Positions 63,513 to 64,000 of a stretch of 64,000 bases of DNA are shown one piece after another. The position numbers and the translations under genes are program-made. How positions within the stretch are numbered: position 1 is the stretch's first letter; each line of letters begins with the position of its first letter. The notes below the pieces were generated by a model. The model searched no databases, had not been told where the DNA came from, and was given only the letters and a program-made list of their open reading frames with translations. Source of the DNA: Octopus bimaculoides (taxonomy: Eukaryota); contig NC_068991.1 of NCBI RefSeq assembly GCF_001194135.2, positions 16,668,638 to 16,732,637 on the forward strand. The letters run 5' to 3'.

Positions 63513-64000
63513 GTGTATTTTGATGTATACATATATGTTGTAGATAGTCTAGTATGCGTATATACTGTTATAATTTTATTTTTAATGCAGCGTATATTTT
63601 ATTTTATTTGATTTGATTTTAATGTGTTAATTCGAATATAATTAATTATTTACAATATGTATTTTGAGCCCATTTTTCTATTTAAAGTTTTCTTCGATTT
63701 TTTAAAAATAGGATGAATCCATATTGAATTCATTTGTTTTGTTCATTGCCCACCCATGACCGTTATTTGAAACGACCAATGAAACAGATCTATGTGTTTC
63801 AAATTTTATATTAGTATTGATTGCATTGTCATTCCTTTCCCATTTCTAACAAAACTGTCCGATGAACAGGAACTTGAAACTCCAAGTAAGTTTTTTTGTT
63901 ATATTTCTGCTGCTTTTAAATAAAGCATATTACTCTACCTCTGGTATTTGAGTACTCTTTATTCCACCTTGTTGCACATTTATGTGCTTACTCCAGTATA

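Overview
AT-rich, gap-ridden eukaryotic genomic DNA. Its SINE families and microsatellite load look like a coleoid cephalopod, probably Octopus; this is my inference from the repeats. The only recognisable host coding sequence is the first coding exon of a protein kinase D (PRKD-family) gene on the minus strand (56884-56750). I found no second PKD exon in the readable sequence. Positions 1-56749 therefore appear to be a first intron of more than 56 kb, unless an exon lies in an N gap. The rest is transposon debris and microsatellites: tRNA-derived SINEs, RTE, CR1/L2 and Penelope-like retroelement fragments, and TTAA-flanked, mariner-like and hAT-like MITEs. The most unusual observations are: (1) two copies of a small palindromic element made of head-to-head telomere-like (TTAGGG)n/(CCCTAA)n arms, each with GG...CC termini and an exact 8-bp target-site duplication (Merlin-like); (2) several hammerhead-ribozyme motifs, one apparently intact and paired with an antisense copy of itself; (3) several long, near-perfect hairpins anchored in (TA)n tracts. 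Almost all ORFs in the supplied track are artefacts of N runs or simple repeats. SINE and LINE boundaries are approximate unless a TSD is quoted.
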